A stretch of 64,000 bases of DNA from Candidatus Altimarinota bacterium (GTDB lineage: Bacteria; Patescibacteriota; Gracilibacteria; UBA1369). A program made the position numbers and the translations under genes. Position 1 is the stretch's first letter. The number at the start of each line of letters is the position of its first letter. Under the pieces are notes generated by a model, which had not been told where the DNA came from, ran no database searches, and was given only the letters and a program-made list of their open reading frames with translations. The stretch spans positions 6,092-70,091 of the forward strand of contig JBGSPQ010000040.1 of assembly GCA_041738505.1 (NCBI GenBank), read 5' to 3'. Positions 63,039-64,000 of this stretch are shown piece after piece.

Positions 63039-64000
63039 ATGATGATTAATAAGGCCTTTTTTGGCGTGCTTACGGGGGTGATCGCGGTTTACGCGGTTTT
63101 TGGTTCGTTTGGCGTTTTGCCGGTACTGGCGGCGAGTCCGGGTACGGTGGTGATTAACGAGGTTGCCTGGGCGGGTTCGGCCGATTCGGCGAATGACGAG
63201 TGGATTGAATTGTTTAACACGACGGGCGCCGCCGTTGATTTGTCCGGATGGACGATTAGTGATGATAACGGCGCTTCTGTTTATGCGCTTGGCGGGACGA
63301 TCGCGGCGCACGGGTATTTTCTAATTGAGGATAGCGAGGCTGTTGTGAATCCTAACGTTGCGGATTTGATTGTGAATTTGTCATTGGCCAATACGGGGGA
63401 TAGTCTGGTGTTGTATGACGAAGGATCGCAGGTTATTGACGCTGTGAATTCTTCCGGGGGTATGTGGTTTGCGGGAAGTTCTGCAACTTATGCCACGATG
63501 GAAAGGATTAACGCCACGGAAAGCGGTGATAATCCGGCCAACTGGGTAAACGGCAGCGGTACCGGGGCCACCGCTTCTTTGGGTTCTTTGATTGCGGGTA
63601 CTCCGGGGGTATTGAACAGTGCCAGTTCGGCGCCGGTTTTGGGAACGGATATTTTGATGAGTGTTTCCGATTCCACTCCCGATGTTGGCGGACAGATTAC
63701 TGTTTCCGTTAACGCGGAGAACGCGGTTGATTTGTTTTCCTATGGATTTGAGGTTGCTTATGATCCGGCGGTGCTGGTTCTTTCGGCCGTTTCCCGGGGT
63801 TCGTTTTTGAGCGAGAACGGAGCGGTCGCGACTTCTTTTCAGTACGGTCTGGAAGACGGTACTCCCGGGAAGTTGCTGGTTGCGGAGGCGCGGACGATTG
63901 ACCCCAAGAGCGGAGTTTTTGGCGGTGGCATGCTATTTGATATGACTTTTGATGTGATTGGAGGCGGTGGTGCTCAGTCGGATATTTCTTTTGGTCCGGA
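63039..64000 (+). CDS. secreted protein with a lamin-tail domain (LTD) followed by a cohesin-like domain; the 3' end lies outside the window
   Basis: This gene is not in the ORF track because no stop falls within the window. My translation from the ATG at 63039 begins MMINKAFFGVLTGVIAVYAVFGSFGVLPVLAASPGTVVINEVAWAGSADSANDEWIELFNTTGAAVDLSGWTISDD..GDSLVLYDEGSQVIDAV (LTD signature). It continues DILMSVSDSTPDVGGQITVSVNAENAVDLFSYGFEVAYDPAVLVL (cohesin-like). Confidence 0.7.
   Translation, partial: MMINKAFFGVLTGVIAVYAVFGSFGVLPVLAASPGTVVINEVAWAGSADSANDEWIELFNTTGAAVDLSGWTISDDNGASVYALGGTIAAHGYFLIEDSEAVVNPNVADLIVNLSLANTGDSLVLYDEGSQVIDAVNSSGGMWFAGSSATYATMERINATESGDNPANWVNGSGTGATASLGSLIAGTPGVLNSASSAPVLGTDILMSVSDSTPDVGGQITVSVNAENAVDLFSYGFEVAYDPAVLVLSAVSRGSFLSENGAVATSFQYGLEDGTPGKLLVAEARTIDPKSGVFGGGMLFDMTFDVIGGGGAQSDISFGP

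Noticed and set aside
1-64000. CRISPR arrays, transposases, integrases, reverse transcriptases/DGRs and prophage structural genes
   Set aside because: I found no regularly spaced direct repeats. None of the ORF translations show recognisable Cas, DDE/serine/tyrosine recombinase, RT (YxDD) or capsid/terminase motifs. Short or degenerate elements could have been missed by eye.
1-64000. Alternative genetic code (UGA recoding, as in some candidate phyla)
   Set aside because: Long conserved genes end at TGA. Examples are the ABC exporter at 32393-32395, smpB, nadE and the small gene at 60481-60483. Conserved proteins are full-length under code 11.

Overview
This is a 64-kb chromosomal window, densely coded on both strands. 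I count about 55 credible CDS and 3 tRNA genes: Ser-CGA, Ser-GGA and Thr-GGU, all with encoded CCA. I found no rRNA, CRISPR array, transposase, integrase or reverse transcriptase. The standard genetic code applies, since TGA, TAA and TAG all terminate long conserved genes.

The housekeeping backbone includes pheS/pheT, topA, HU, smpB, nadE plus an archaeal-type NMN adenylyltransferase, asnS, rpmB and maf. It also includes zupT, an RsuA/RluB-type pseudouridine synthase, a class II photolyase, a GH15 hydrolase, phosphomannomutase, UDP-glucose dehydrogenase and a processive GT2 synthase.

On top of this sits a large set of secreted or surface proteins. There are three SLH-domain proteins, two tandem giant beta-propeller proteins with a shared C-terminal module, a 946-aa repeat protein, an LTD-cohesin protein, several lipoproteins and an M15+SLT wall hydrolase. 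The gene content looks like a small-genome uncultivated bacterium, possibly CPR/Patescibacteria-like, but that is inference only.

No homology search was possible. All family calls rest on motifs I recognise in the translations.

I found no named defence or mobile system. The best candidates for something undescribed are:
1. An AT-rich island beside tRNA-Thr, carrying a small P-loop kinase-like ATPase, a 508-aa zinc-ribbon orphan and a 79-aa ORF. A kinase-like 585-aa orphan sits on the other flank of the tRNA.
2. A family of GC-rich GCTCGC/CGCTTCGTGCG repeat elements fused to the ends of two tRNA-Ser genes and the HU gene.
3. An approximately 175-nt terminator-bracketed non-coding segment at 45.66-45.84 kb.
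4. An AT-rich singleton with a type I PRTase motif next to the NAD genes.
5. The tandem beta-propeller surface proteins.
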